A model generated the notes under the pieces. The model had not been told where the DNA came from, searched no databases, and saw only the letters and a program-made list of their open reading frames with translations. DNA of 43,993 nt from positions 1 to 43,993 of the forward strand of contig CALMWE010000197.1 of assembly GCA_937873795.1 (NCBI GenBank). Reading direction: 5' to 3'. This DNA comes from an uncultured Bacillales bacterium. GTDB taxonomy: Bacteria > Bacillota_I > Bacilli_A > RFN20 > CAG-826. A program made the translations under genes and the position numbers. Every line of letters begins with the position of its first letter. Within the stretch, counting starts at the first letter, position 1. Of the stretch, positions 35,085 to 43,567 are shown piece by piece.

Positions 35085-36629
35085 CTACCGACGAGGAATG
35101 GGCGTGTAGATAAATTTATTCTTTAACATCTCTTTGCGGTAGTAGCCTTCATAAACGAGATGATCCATGGAGGTTCGCGCGGTTTCATAAGCACAGCCGA
35201 GCGTCTTCTTGTATTGGGCAATCGTATAGTATTTGCCAATCGTACAATGGCGGGCGTAGAAATACGCTTCGCCGCGTTTGAGTTTGGGGTTGATTTCCAG
35301 CAAGTTTTCTTCAATCCGAGCGGCATCTTTTTCGTCGAGGCCGATGGGCATCGTCGGAAGCGCCACTTTCATTTCGAAGTTGAGGCCTTCCAAAGGTGCG
35401 GAGTTTTCATAACTGGGAACGGGAGCCACGGAAGGTTTGGCGACTTCGACGGGCTTTTCCACGACGACAGGTGCGGGTGTCGGAGCAACGACTTCACGGG
35501 GTTTTACCGGAGCGACTTCGACCGGTTTCGATGCTTCCACAGGTTTTTCATAAACGCGTTGAGGATCAACGGTGGGCTTCACCACTTCGGGAGCGGGTTT
35601 GACGACTTCGACCGGTTTCGGTGCAGGACGTTCCGCTTCATAGAATTCCGACTTCACGTTGCTCATGCTGATGTTGGTCATGCGGTCGAGCAAATCGGAA
35701 GCGATCGATTCGGCGAGGTCCAAGACATAAACGAGCAAATAGGTCGTATCGTTGGTCTTTTGGACTTCGGTAAAGATGCGGGTCAATTGATCTTGGTTGT
35801 AAGAAAGTAAACTTTCAAGGTCCAAAATCGCGGCCAAATCATCATAATCGCCATGAGCGAGGACGCATTTGGCGGATAAGATGGCCATTTCTTCGCTGTG
35901 ATATTCAAACGGTTTGACATAGACAAAGAAGAAATAAGTAAGGATGGCTTTGACGACGGTCCCGAGGTCACTGTTTTGAATGAAATCGAGATAATTTTCC
36001 ATCATGTCCGGCAAACGTTCCACCGGTGCAGCGACATACATTCTGCCGATGAGCGCTTTTTGGCCGACATCGCCGATTTCGTTTTCGCGGTATAAGCTGA
36101 CAAGTTCAGGGTTTCCGGTCAAAAGCGAATACATGTTGGCAAAGAAGTTTTCATCGAGCGGATCATGAGGATGGCTTTCCAAGGTCTTAAGGGCGTCTTG
36201 GTAGCGTTGTAAAATCATTTGTTCCGGGGTGAGCGCGGAAATATTGCTTAAAATCAGGGTGTGAAGGAAACTTTCCGACACGGTGAGGTTGTATTTTTTG
36301 GCGACCCAATAAAGGATTTTGGCATAATTGTCGACTTTGATTTTGCGTTTACCGGGATCATTTTCGTCCATCCGGGCATAGCGGAGGAAAACCTTGTTGA
36401 GTTTCCGTTCCAATGCGTTGCACCGTTCGAGAATCGACGGGGTCAAAACCACGTTGAGCGGATTCTTTTCGATGTTGCGTAACGAAAGGACGCGGGTAAA
36501 ATGACTGCGGTAATTCAAAATGTTCGACCAAATCGTATCCACCAGTGAGGTTCCCAGAGCTCTGGAAACTTCGAATTTTGTGGCATAGGTCTCATCGCTA
36601 AAACGAATCGGCAGATCGCTATTCGCCAT
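35085..36629 (-). CDS. Fic/DOC-like protein with a degenerate active-site motif, a Pro/Val/Lys repeat linker and a C-terminal winged-helix-like domain (tentative)
   Basis: The helix-loop FVYVKPFEYHSEEMAILSAKCVL sits where Fic proteins carry HPFx[DE]GNGRxxR, and only the P-F is retained. The C-terminus, YTIAQYKKTLGCAYETARTSMDHLVYEGYY, resembles the wHTH tail common in Fic-family proteins. The start is the ATG at 36629, 5 nt after AGGTGA. The assignment comes from eye-read motifs only. Confidence 0.5.
   Translation of the reverse strand: MANSDLPIRFSDETYATKFEVSRALGTSLVDTIWSNILNYRSHFTRVLSLRNIEKNPLNVVLTPSILERCNALERKLNKVFLRYARMDENDPGKRKIKVDNYAKILYWVAKKYNLTVSESFLHTLILSNISALTPEQMILQRYQDALKTLESHPHDPLDENFFANMYSLLTGNPELVSLYRENEIGDVGQKALIGRMYVAAPVERLPDMMENYLDFIQNSDLGTVVKAILTYFFFVYVKPFEYHSEEMAILSAKCVLAHGDYDDLAAILDLESLLSYNQDQLTRIFTEVQKTNDTTYLLVYVLDLAESIASDLLDRMTNISMSNVKSEFYEAERPAPKPVEVVKPAPEVVKPTVDPQRVYEKPVEASKPVEVAPVKPREVVAPTPAPVVVEKPVEVAKPSVAPVPSYENSAPLEGLNFEMKVALPTMPIGLDEKDAARIEENLLEINPKLKRGEAYFYARHCTIGKYYTIAQYKKTLGCAYETARTSMDHLVYEGYYRKEMLKNKFIYTPIPRR
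35395..35640 (-). repeat. In-frame coding repeats encoding a (K/E)PVEV(V/A)KP-type linker
   Basis: The exact 18-nt repeat cgacttcgaccggtttcg occurs at 35513-35530 and 35603-35620, 90 nt apart. A diverged copy lies at 35441-35458. Confidence 0.6.
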
Positions 36630-36648
36630 AAACGTCACCTCGTAAATT

Positions 36649-36677
36649 ATTCTATCGTGTAACTTCTTAAAAGTAAA
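36649..36677 (-). promoter_or_regulatory. Sigma-A-type promoter TTTACT-17-TAGAAT for the Fic-like gene
   Basis: The minus strand has TTTACT (36677-36672), a 17-nt spacer and TAGAAT (36654-36649), about 10 nt upstream of the RBS. Confidence 0.5.
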
Positions 36678-36731
36678 TTAAGAAAACCACGAATTACTAA
36701 TTTCCTACTAGGCCTCGGACAGCGAAGCCCT

Positions 36732-36761
36732 AAAAAACGACTTATTATAGATGTATCTATA
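36732..36761 (-). terminator. Possible weak terminator after lepA
   Basis: The minus strand reads TTATAGAT-ac-ATCTATAA (a perfect AT-rich palindrome starting 2 nt after the stop), then taagtcg and TTTTTT. The spacing is non-canonical. Confidence 0.35.
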
Positions 36762-36762
36762 A

Positions 36763-38574
36763 TTAATCGTCTTCTCCAATCGATAAAACCGTCATGAAGG
36801 CTTCTTGCGGAACGTCCACCGAGCCGATGGATTTCATGCGTTTTTTGCCTTCTTTTTGTTTATCGAGAAGTTTCCGTTTACGGGAAATATCGCCACCATA
36901 GCACTTGGCAAGGACGTCTTTACGCATGGCTTTGATATCGGCCCGGGCAATAATTTTGCCGTTAAGCGAAGCTTGCACGGGAACTTCGAATTGTTGTCGG
37001 GGGATGATGTCTTTGAGTTTGCTGACGATGGCTAAACCGCGTTGATAGGCTGAGCCTTTGAAGACAATGCTTGAAAGTGCGTCCACCACATCGCCATTAA
37101 GTAGAATATCCATTTTGGCGAGGTTGGAAGCCTTATAATCGCTGAATTGGTAGTCAAACGAGGCATAGCCTTTGGAATAGCTTTTGAGTTTATCGAAGAA
37201 GTTGTAGACGATTTCCGCGAGCGGAAGTTCGTATTTCAAAATCATCCGGGTATCATCAAAATACTCGAGATCGACATAAATGCCGCGCCGTTGCTGGCAC
37301 AATTCCATGATCACGCCGACGTATTCTTTCGGGGTCATGATTGAAGCGCTGACAAACGGTTCTTGGATTTCTTTGACTAAAGTCAGGTCCGGAAGTTTGG
37401 ACGGGTTATCGAGGTTGAGCATCGAGCCGTTGGTAAGGAAAACGTGATAAATGACGCTGGGAGCGGTCAAAATCAGGTCGAGATTGTATTCACGTTCAAG
37501 GCGTTCTTGGACGACATCCATGTGCAACAAACCTAAGAATCCGCACCGGAAACCAAAGCCTAGGGCTTGTGAAGTTTCGGGCTCGAATTGTAAGGAAGCA
37601 TCATTGAGACAGAGTTTCTCAAGCGCTTCTTTGAGGTCGATGTACTTTTTGGAATCGACGGGGTATAAACCACAGTAGACCATCGGGTTGAGATGACGGT
37701 AACCGGGGAGCATTTCTTTGGCCGGATCGTTGGCGAGGGTCACGGTTTCGCCGGGGTGGACGTCTTTGATATCGCGGATTTGGGCGGCAATATAACCGAC
37801 TTCCCCGCTGCGGAGGATTTCGCGTTTTTCTTCTTTGGGGGTACGAACGCCGACTTCAATGACGAGGTAGTCTTTATTGGCAGCCATCAATCGGATGGTA
37901 TCCCCTACTTGGACATGGCCTTCTTTGATGCGGACGAGGACGACGACACCCCGATAGGAATCGTAAAAAGAGTCGAAAACAAGGGCTCTTAAGGGCGCAT
38001 AAAGTTCACCGGTGGGTGGCGGAACGTCACGGACGATAGCTTCGAGGACTTGATTTACATTCAAACCCGTTTTAGCCGAAATCATGATCGCGTCTTCGGC
38101 GGGAATGCCGATGCGGTCTTGAATTTCTTTCTTGGCGAGTTCGGGACGGGCGCTGGGTAAATCAATTTTATTAATGACCGGGACGATCGTTAAATCATTA
38201 TCCACGGCGAGATAAACGTTGGCTAAGGTTTGGGCTTCGACGCCTTGGGAAGCATCAACCACCAAAAGGGCGCCTTCGCAGGCCGCCAGAGAACGGGAAA
38301 CTTCATAGGTAAAGTCGACATGCCCCGGAGTGTCGATGAGGTTGAACACATAGTCATTCCCATCGAGGGCGTGGTAATTGAGCGTGACGGCGTTGAGCTT
38401 GATGGTAATGCCACGCTCTCTTTCGAGATCCATGGAATCAAGAACTTGGTCCATCATTTCGCGTTTGGCAATGGTTCCGGTCAACTCCAAAATACGGTCG
38501 GCCAGCGTGGACTTGCCATGGTCGATGTGGGCGATAATCGAGAAATTACGGATTTTACTTTGATCGTATCCCAT
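36763..38574 (-). CDS. lepA: Elongation factor 4 (LepA)
   Basis: Shows [28 protein letters not shown] and NKIDL, and the characteristic LepA C-terminal domain ([23 protein letters not shown]). Confidence 0.95.
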   Translation of the reverse strand: MGYDQSKIRNFSIIAHIDHGKSTLADRILELTGTIAKREMMDQVLDSMDLERERGITIKLNAVTLNYHALDGNDYVFNLIDTPGHVDFTYEVSRSLAACEGALLVVDASQGVEAQTLANVYLAVDNDLTIVPVINKIDLPSARPELAKKEIQDRIGIPAEDAIMISAKTGLNVNQVLEAIVRDVPPPTGELYAPLRALVFDSFYDSYRGVVVLVRIKEGHVQVGDTIRLMAANKDYLVIEVGVRTPKEEKREILRSGEVGYIAAQIRDIKDVHPGETVTLANDPAKEMLPGYRHLNPMVYCGLYPVDSKKYIDLKEALEKLCLNDASLQFEPETSQALGFGFRCGFLGLLHMDVVQERLEREYNLDLILTAPSVIYHVFLTNGSMLNLDNPSKLPDLTLVKEIQEPFVSASIMTPKEYVGVIMELCQQRRGIYVDLEYFDDTRMILKYELPLAEIVYNFFDKLKSYSKGYASFDYQFSDYKASNLAKMDILLNGDVVDALSSIVFKGSAYQRGLAIVSKLKDIIPRQQFEVPVQASLNGKIIARADIKAMRKDVLAKCYGGDISRKRKLLDKQKEGKKRMKSIGSVDVPQEAFMTVLSIGEDD

Positions 38575-38600
38575 GGGTTCACGCTCCTTTGCTGCGAGTT

Positions 38601-38609
38601 ATTATAGCA
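38601..38609 (-). promoter_or_regulatory. Candidate extended -10 promoter (TGcTATAAT) for lepA
   Basis: The minus strand reads aaagtaTGcTATAATaactcgcagcaaaggag. Confidence 0.4.
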
Positions 38610-38644
38610 TACTTTTATTTTCATAAAGGGGGAAAGCGAAAAAC

Positions 38645-40993
38645 TTATTTTGACCACTGATCCCAGAACTTTTCGCTGAGAAAACGGACGTCATCTTGAG
38701 AGGTTACGACTTGGTAATCGGACCATTCATGTTTGAAGAGGTCGCGGTACCGTCGTTGTAAGAAGCGATCATCGATCAGGAGGATGATGCCTTTATCGTG
38801 TTCGCTGCGGATGACGCGGCCGACCGCCTGCATGACCCGGTTCATGCCCGGATTGACGTAGGAGAATTCGTAGCCGTTTTCTCCTTTGGCATCATGGTAA
38901 TCACGGATCAAATTGCGTTCAAACGAGAGTTGCGGAAGGCCCACGCCGACGATGATGGCGCCGATGAGACGGTCTTCCAAAAGGTCGATGCCTTCGGAGA
39001 AAGCACCGCCTAAAACGGCATATCCGACCGTGGTTTTTTGAGGTCGGGTCCGGAATCTAAGCAGGAACGCCGCCCGAGCGTCATCGTCCATATCTTGGGT
39101 CTGGGCAAAGAGGTCAACGTCTTTGCCTAAATCGGTCACAGCTAAGACATCGTTGAGATACTTGTAGGACGGGAAGAAAACAAGATAGTTTCCAAGCCGG
39201 TTTTCGATGGCTGCAGCAATGTACTCGGCCACTTCTCCGAACGTATCTTGGCGTTTGGCGTATTTGGTCGAGATTTTCGGGGCCACCATTAAGAGTAAAT
39301 TCTCTTTTGGGAAGGGTGAAGGAAGCATCAACGCAGGGTCGTTTTCTTTGCCGCCTAAAACGCGGACATAATAGTCCATCGGGGTCAAGGTTGCACTGAA
39401 GAGGACACGCCCTTTGATCTTGGCCATGCTCGCGGCCAACTGCTTGGACGGATCGAGGCAATAGATATGGAAAACCAAGTCTTTAGCAGAGACTTTTTCA
39501 ATATAAAGTTTGAAGGAATCATCGACGATTTCAGACATTTTCAAGAACCGGTTAGCCTCGAAAAAGAAATCCAAAAAATCATCCGTGGCATACGATGAAT
39601 GGTTTTTTAAGATGTCTTGCCCGGCGGTGAAAAACCCATCGAGCGCCCGTAAGAGAGAGGGGTCGATGTCTGGCACAATGGTCGGCTCATCGGAAACATA
39701 GGTTTCTTTCATCGCTTTCCAAAGCTTATTCAATCGACGGTTGGCGGCGCTCATCTTCTTGTGGGACAGACCTTTGAGAGCCTTCTTCATTTTGTCGTAA
39801 TTGCCACTGCTCAAGGCCACCGAGTACATATCGCGACCACGGTCCACCAGGTTATGGGCTTCGTCGATCAAGGCGATGTAATGGGAAGCATCCGCGTCAA
39901 AGTAACGGCGTAAGTACACCATCGGGTCAAAAATATAGTTGTAATCGCAGATGATGATGTCGGTAAATAACGACAAATCCAGTTCGAATTCGAACGGACA
40001 AATATTGTTATCAACGGCGTATTTCACCAGCGTCTCATAATCGTAGGTACTTTCTTTCAAAATGCACTCTTTGAGGACCGCTCCGATTTTGTTGTAATAA
40101 CCACGGGCAAAGGGGCATTCGTCGGGGTTGCACGCAGCTCCCGGATTAAAGCAGATTTTGTCTTTGGCGGTCAGCACGATATCGCTGGCTTGAAGGCCTT
40201 TTTTCTTTAAGGTTTCAGACGCCGCAAAAGCGGCTTCACGTCCGGAAGATTTCGCCGTCAAATAGAAGATTTTTTCATTGAAACCATCAGCAAACGAACG
40301 GGCAAACGGATACAAAGTGGACATTGTTTTGCCGATGCCAGTTGGGGCTTCCGCAAAGAGGGTTCCGCCTTTGGTGGCGATGGCAAACGAATACTTGGCC
40401 AATTCGCGTTGTCCGGGACGGAATTTAGAGAACGGAAAGTCCAAATGCGAGGCACTTTCGTTGCGTTTGGCTTTCTTGTCAAAAAGGATTCTGTAAAAGT
40501 CGAGGTAATCTTCCATATAGGTTTGGACATCGTGTTCCAAATCCAGCGTGGAGAAAACATACTCACGGATCATCCGTTCCTCAGTTCCTTGATGGATATA
40601 GGTCAAACGGACGCCGATTTGTTGCAAACTTTTCTCGTGAGCGTACATCAGGGCGTAGCATTTGGCTTGCCCTAAATGCCAGTCCGCTTGCGAATCGGCA
40701 AATTCTTTTAAATCGATGACCGTGGACTTGATTTCGTCGATGATAACGCCGAAAGGACCGACGATGATGCCATCGGCACGTCCTTGCAGACGGATATTGA
40801 ATTCCTCCACCGCAAACGTTTCGTCGAGTTCGTACTCGCTGAGGTAACTGGCGCCTTGTCGTTTTTGGTAATATGCATGAATGCGTGAACCTTCTTGCAT
40901 CGAGGCTTTGTTAAAAACGCGGGTATCGATGTCCCCGCGGCGAAGCAAAAAATCAACTAGGCCATGCACCGACAAAACAAGCGTTTTTTCCAT
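38645..40993 (-). CDS. PD-(D/E)XK nuclease domain fused to an XPD/DinG-family Fe-S (SF2, DEAH) DNA helicase
   Basis: The N-terminal roughly 130 aa carry GRADGII...IIDEIKS...QAKCYALMY, a D..ExK plus QxxxY RecB/Cas4-like nuclease pattern. The helicase motifs are AEAPTGIGKT (I), IDEAHNL (II), GGAFSEGIDL (V) and QAVGRVIRS (VI). Four Cys residues lie between motifs I and II (KICFNPGAACNPDECPF...NICPFE), as in the XPD Fe-S domain. Confidence 0.75.
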   Translation of the reverse strand: MEKTLVLSVHGLVDFLLRRGDIDTRVFNKASMQEGSRIHAYYQKRQGASYLSEYELDETFAVEEFNIRLQGRADGIIVGPFGVIIDEIKSTVIDLKEFADSQADWHLGQAKCYALMYAHEKSLQQIGVRLTYIHQGTEERMIREYVFSTLDLEHDVQTYMEDYLDFYRILFDKKAKRNESASHLDFPFSKFRPGQRELAKYSFAIATKGGTLFAEAPTGIGKTMSTLYPFARSFADGFNEKIFYLTAKSSGREAAFAASETLKKKGLQASDIVLTAKDKICFNPGAACNPDECPFARGYYNKIGAVLKECILKESTYDYETLVKYAVDNNICPFEFELDLSLFTDIIICDYNYIFDPMVYLRRYFDADASHYIALIDEAHNLVDRGRDMYSVALSSGNYDKMKKALKGLSHKKMSAANRRLNKLWKAMKETYVSDEPTIVPDIDPSLLRALDGFFTAGQDILKNHSSYATDDFLDFFFEANRFLKMSEIVDDSFKLYIEKVSAKDLVFHIYCLDPSKQLAASMAKIKGRVLFSATLTPMDYYVRVLGGKENDPALMLPSPFPKENLLLMVAPKISTKYAKRQDTFGEVAEYIAAAIENRLGNYLVFFPSYKYLNDVLAVTDLGKDVDLFAQTQDMDDDARAAFLLRFRTRPQKTTVGYAVLGGAFSEGIDLLEDRLIGAIIVGVGLPQLSFERNLIRDYHDAKGENGYEFSYVNPGMNRVMQAVGRVIRSEHDKGIILLIDDRFLQRRYRDLFKHEWSDYQVVTSQDDVRFLSEKFWDQWSK

Positions 40994-41017
40994 AGATCCT
41001 TTCGTCGGTCACTGCAA

Positions 41018-41413
41018 CTAAGCAGGATCGGCGACTTTCGATTTGATGAGTTTGATATCCCCATAGACGAGCATCTTGACACGTTTTCCTTGGTAGTAAG
41101 AAATCACGCCATAGAACGCGTTGGCGAGGATGAGAAGATTGAAGATTTGGATGATGAATCCCCAGAACGGGAACGAAAAGAAAACCGAGCCGCTGACAAG
41201 GCCGCCGACACACCATGCGATGAGGTTCACCAAGCCTTGATTCGCGTACCAATTATCGAGTTCGACATCTTGGCTGTGGCCTTTGCGGCAATAGGGTAAG
41301 AAGAACACTAAAAAGGCCCAACCCCGAAGCGGGTCTTTGTCCGTATCGGCCGTGGCTTTTTTATTACTTTCGATGGGATCGACGTCAATGACATTGTTAT
41401 TCTTGTCTACCAT
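41018..41413 (-). CDS. Hypothetical small membrane protein (3 predicted TM helices; possibly DUF4870-like)
   Basis: 131 aa. The ATG lies 1 nt after the fmt stop, and the stop lies 24 nt before the helicase ATG. The hydrophobic segments are WAFLVFFLPY, LVNLIAWCVGGLVSGSVFFSF and FWGFIIQIFNLLILANAFYGVI. Confidence 0.5.
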   Translation of the reverse strand: MVDKNNNVIDVDPIESNKKATADTDKDPLRGWAFLVFFLPYCRKGHSQDVELDNWYANQGLVNLIAWCVGGLVSGSVFFSFPFWGFIIQIFNLLILANAFYGVISYYQGKRVKMLVYGDIKLIKSKVADPA

Positions 41414-41414
41414 A

Positions 41415-42353
41415 TTAATTCATGACCTTTCCAGTTAAATTGGGATGACCGTTGATGAAGCTTTGCGCATCCACACGGCCCTTGCCTTCTTTTTGTAAAA
41501 CGAGTAGTCGGACTTGTCCGTCTCCTACTTGGAGAATCAGTCCGTTGCGGTCGGCATTCACAATCGTTCCCACGGGAGCGGTTATTTCATGATTCACGAC
41601 CTTGGCTTTGAAGATTTTGACTTTCTTTTCTTCGAAAACGAGATAACCGCCGGGATGATCAGTCAGGGCTTTGACCCAACCACAGAATTTTTCGGCGGGA
41701 AGCGTCACGTTGAGGTGTTCGGCATCGGCTTTGATCATCGAAGCGAACGTCACTTGGCTTTCCTCTTGGGCAACGCCGGGCAGTTTACCGTCGAGATACA
41801 GCGGTAAATCGGTCAAAATCATCTCCAACGCCAATGGTTTGAACTTTTCGATTAAGGTCGTCATCGTTTCGTCTTCACTGAGCGTGACTTTACGAGTCGA
41901 ATACATTCTTCCGGCGTCCATTTTGTCGATCATTTCCATGAGCGTAATGCCGGTTTCTTTTTCACCGTTGATGAGAGCGTATTGCATCGGCGCCGCTCCG
42001 CGTAATTTGGGCAGCAGCGATCCGTGGAGGTTCAAACATCCGTATCGGGGAATATCGAGCAATCCTTGGGGGACGATTTGGCCGTACGCCATGGTAATGA
42101 TGACATCGGGTTGAAGGTCTTTGACAAAGGCATAATCTAAGCGGATTTTAATGGGTTGGAAAACGGGAATGCCGTATTTGAGGGCCACCGCTTTGGTGGG
42201 CACCGGGACGATTTCTTTTTTACGGCCGACGGGTTTATCGGGTTGGGCAATCAAGCCGACAAAATGATAGCCGTCTTTGATCATTCCTTCAAAAACATAA
42301 GCGGCGATTTCAGGCGTACCCATGAAAATCACTCGCAAAGACGATTTATTCAT
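41415..42353 (-). CDS. fmt: Methionyl-tRNA formyltransferase
   Basis: Shows RVIFMGTPEIA, PDKPVGRK, NLHGSLLPKLRGAAPMQYALINGEKETGITLM and a C-terminal OB-like domain. Confidence 0.9.
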   Translation of the reverse strand: MNKSSLRVIFMGTPEIAAYVFEGMIKDGYHFVGLIAQPDKPVGRKKEIVPVPTKAVALKYGIPVFQPIKIRLDYAFVKDLQPDVIITMAYGQIVPQGLLDIPRYGCLNLHGSLLPKLRGAAPMQYALINGEKETGITLMEMIDKMDAGRMYSTRKVTLSEDETMTTLIEKFKPLALEMILTDLPLYLDGKLPGVAQEESQVTFASMIKADAEHLNVTLPAEKFCGWVKALTDHPGGYLVFEEKKVKIFKAKVVNHEITAPVGTIVNADRNGLILQVGDGQVRLLVLQKEGKGRVDAQSFINGHPNLTGKVMN

Positions 42354-42475
42354 GATTTTTAACCTCTTTCGTTCATATCGTTTGCATTATGGCCAGCGAC
42401 TGCTTACTATATTATCGCAAATAGAGACCATTTTACAAATGGTAGCGTATTCGTTTTTTTAAAGGAGTTCAGACG

Positions 42476-42985
42476 ATGAAGAAAACCAAAAAAGAAGGCT
42501 ACTTTGCCTCCATCAAACGGCGTGATCCGGCGGCCCGCAACGGGCTCCAGATTTTGCTCTTTTATCCCGGCGTCAAAGCCTTGTTTTGGTATCGCGTCGC
42601 CCACTTTTTCTGGAAACTAAAAATCCGGTTCATCGCAGACTGGATTTCGTATTCGACCCGGCGTCGTACCGGCATTGAAATTCACCCCGGCGCGACGATC
42701 GGAAAACACCTCTTCATCGACCATGGCATGGGTACCGTCATCGGCGAAACCGCCATCGTCGGCGATAACGTCACGATGTATCACGGCGTGACCCTCGGAG
42801 GCCGGGGCCTCGAACATGGCAAACGCCACCCCACCGTCGGAAACAACGTTTTCATCGGTACGGGCGCTAAAATCTTGGGCAATATCGTGGTCGGCGATGA
42901 TGTCCGCATCGGGGCCAACGCAATGGTCCTCCACGATGTCGATCCGGGTGCCACGGTTTACGGCGTCACCACACGCAAAGAATAG
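42476..42985 (+). CDS. cysE: Serine O-acetyltransferase (short form)
   Basis: Left-handed beta-helix hexapeptide repeats are present: [44 protein letters not shown]...[43 protein letters not shown] lies 8 nt upstream of the ATG. Confidence 0.85.
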   Translation: MKKTKKEGYFASIKRRDPAARNGLQILLFYPGVKALFWYRVAHFFWKLKIRFIADWISYSTRRRTGIEIHPGATIGKHLFIDHGMGTVIGETAIVGDNVTMYHGVTLGGRGLEHGKRHPTVGNNVFIGTGAKILGNIVVGDDVRIGANAMVLHDVDPGATVYGVTTRKE

Positions 42986-43008
42986 AAGGTCCCTCGGGGC
43001 CTTTTTTG
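42986..43008 (+). terminator. Rho-independent terminator after cysE
   Basis: AAGGTCC-ctcg-GGGCCTT (one G-U pair) followed by TTTTTTG. Confidence 0.65.
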
Positions 43009-43104
43009 TTTTTCCTTGCTTTTTCCTTCCGCGTACAAATACTTACTTTTCAAATCTTCATTGAGATAGTAAAATGACCTTAACCGCTACCGTGAGGGAA
43101 ACCA

Positions 43105-43566
43105 ATGATTGATTATATTAAAGACGCCGAAACGTGTTTGGAACGCGGAGACTTCGCCAGCGCTAAGCGCTATTTTGCGCTTGCCCGCCGCGATGATCCG
43201 GATGATTGGCGTCCTTGGTTTGGCCTTGCTCGGGCAATTACGTGCGACTTCACCGTGATTGACCAAGGCAACTGGAAAAAGTTCACGGACCGCGCGAAAA
43301 GTTTGACTGATGAGGAAGGCCGTCGTTATATGGACCACATCCTCGGACAATATTTACATACCATCGAGGAACGGATTCATGGCGGAAACGCCCGTATCCA
43401 TCCCCCGGTTTCCGATCGAAAACTGTCGTCCTTCCGCCCTGTCATACAAGAACAACACGACACGTGGTCCGAAAAAGATGACCGCTTGTTTGGGTTTGTG
43501 ATGATCATCATAGCCGTCTTGGTGCTTTCCTTGATTGTCTTCTTGGCTGTCCGCGGAGCACGATAA
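43105..43566 (+). CDS. Hypothetical tail-anchored protein with an N-terminal TPR-like helix pair
   Basis: 153 aa with a GAGGGAAA RBS. The N-terminus AETCLERGDFASAKRYFALARRDDPDDWRPWFGLA looks like a single TPR-like motif, and the C-terminal TM helix is FGFVMIIIAVLVLSLIVFLAV. The stop lies 1 nt before the next ATG. Confidence 0.5.
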   Translation: MIDYIKDAETCLERGDFASAKRYFALARRDDPDDWRPWFGLARAITCDFTVIDQGNWKKFTDRAKSLTDEEGRRYMDHILGQYLHTIEERIHGGNARIHPPVSDRKLSSFRPVIQEQHDTWSEKDDRLFGFVMIIIAVLVLSLIVFLAVRGAR

Positions 43567-43567
43567 T

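Noticed and set aside
35395-35640. Spaced direct repeats that could suggest a CRISPR or other non-coding repeat array.
   Set aside because: The repeats are 18 nt, in frame, and lie inside a long uninterrupted ORF encoding a Pro/Val/Lys linker. There are no cas genes or leader.
36690-36731. An imperfect GC stem (AGGCCTCGGACAGCGAAGCCCT) downstream of lepA, considered as a structured RNA or terminator.
   Set aside because: The stem has a mismatch and a bulge, and the T-run precedes rather than follows it in the direction of transcription. No conserved motif was recognised.
42354-42475. A T-box or other leader upstream of cysE, and clear divergent promoters for fmt and cysE.
   Set aside because: The spacer is 122 nt with only a short CCATTT-tac-AAATGG hairpin and no T-box features. 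A plausible TTGTAA-18-TAATAT element faces fmt, but the cysE -10 and -35 candidates are weak, so I did not call them as features.
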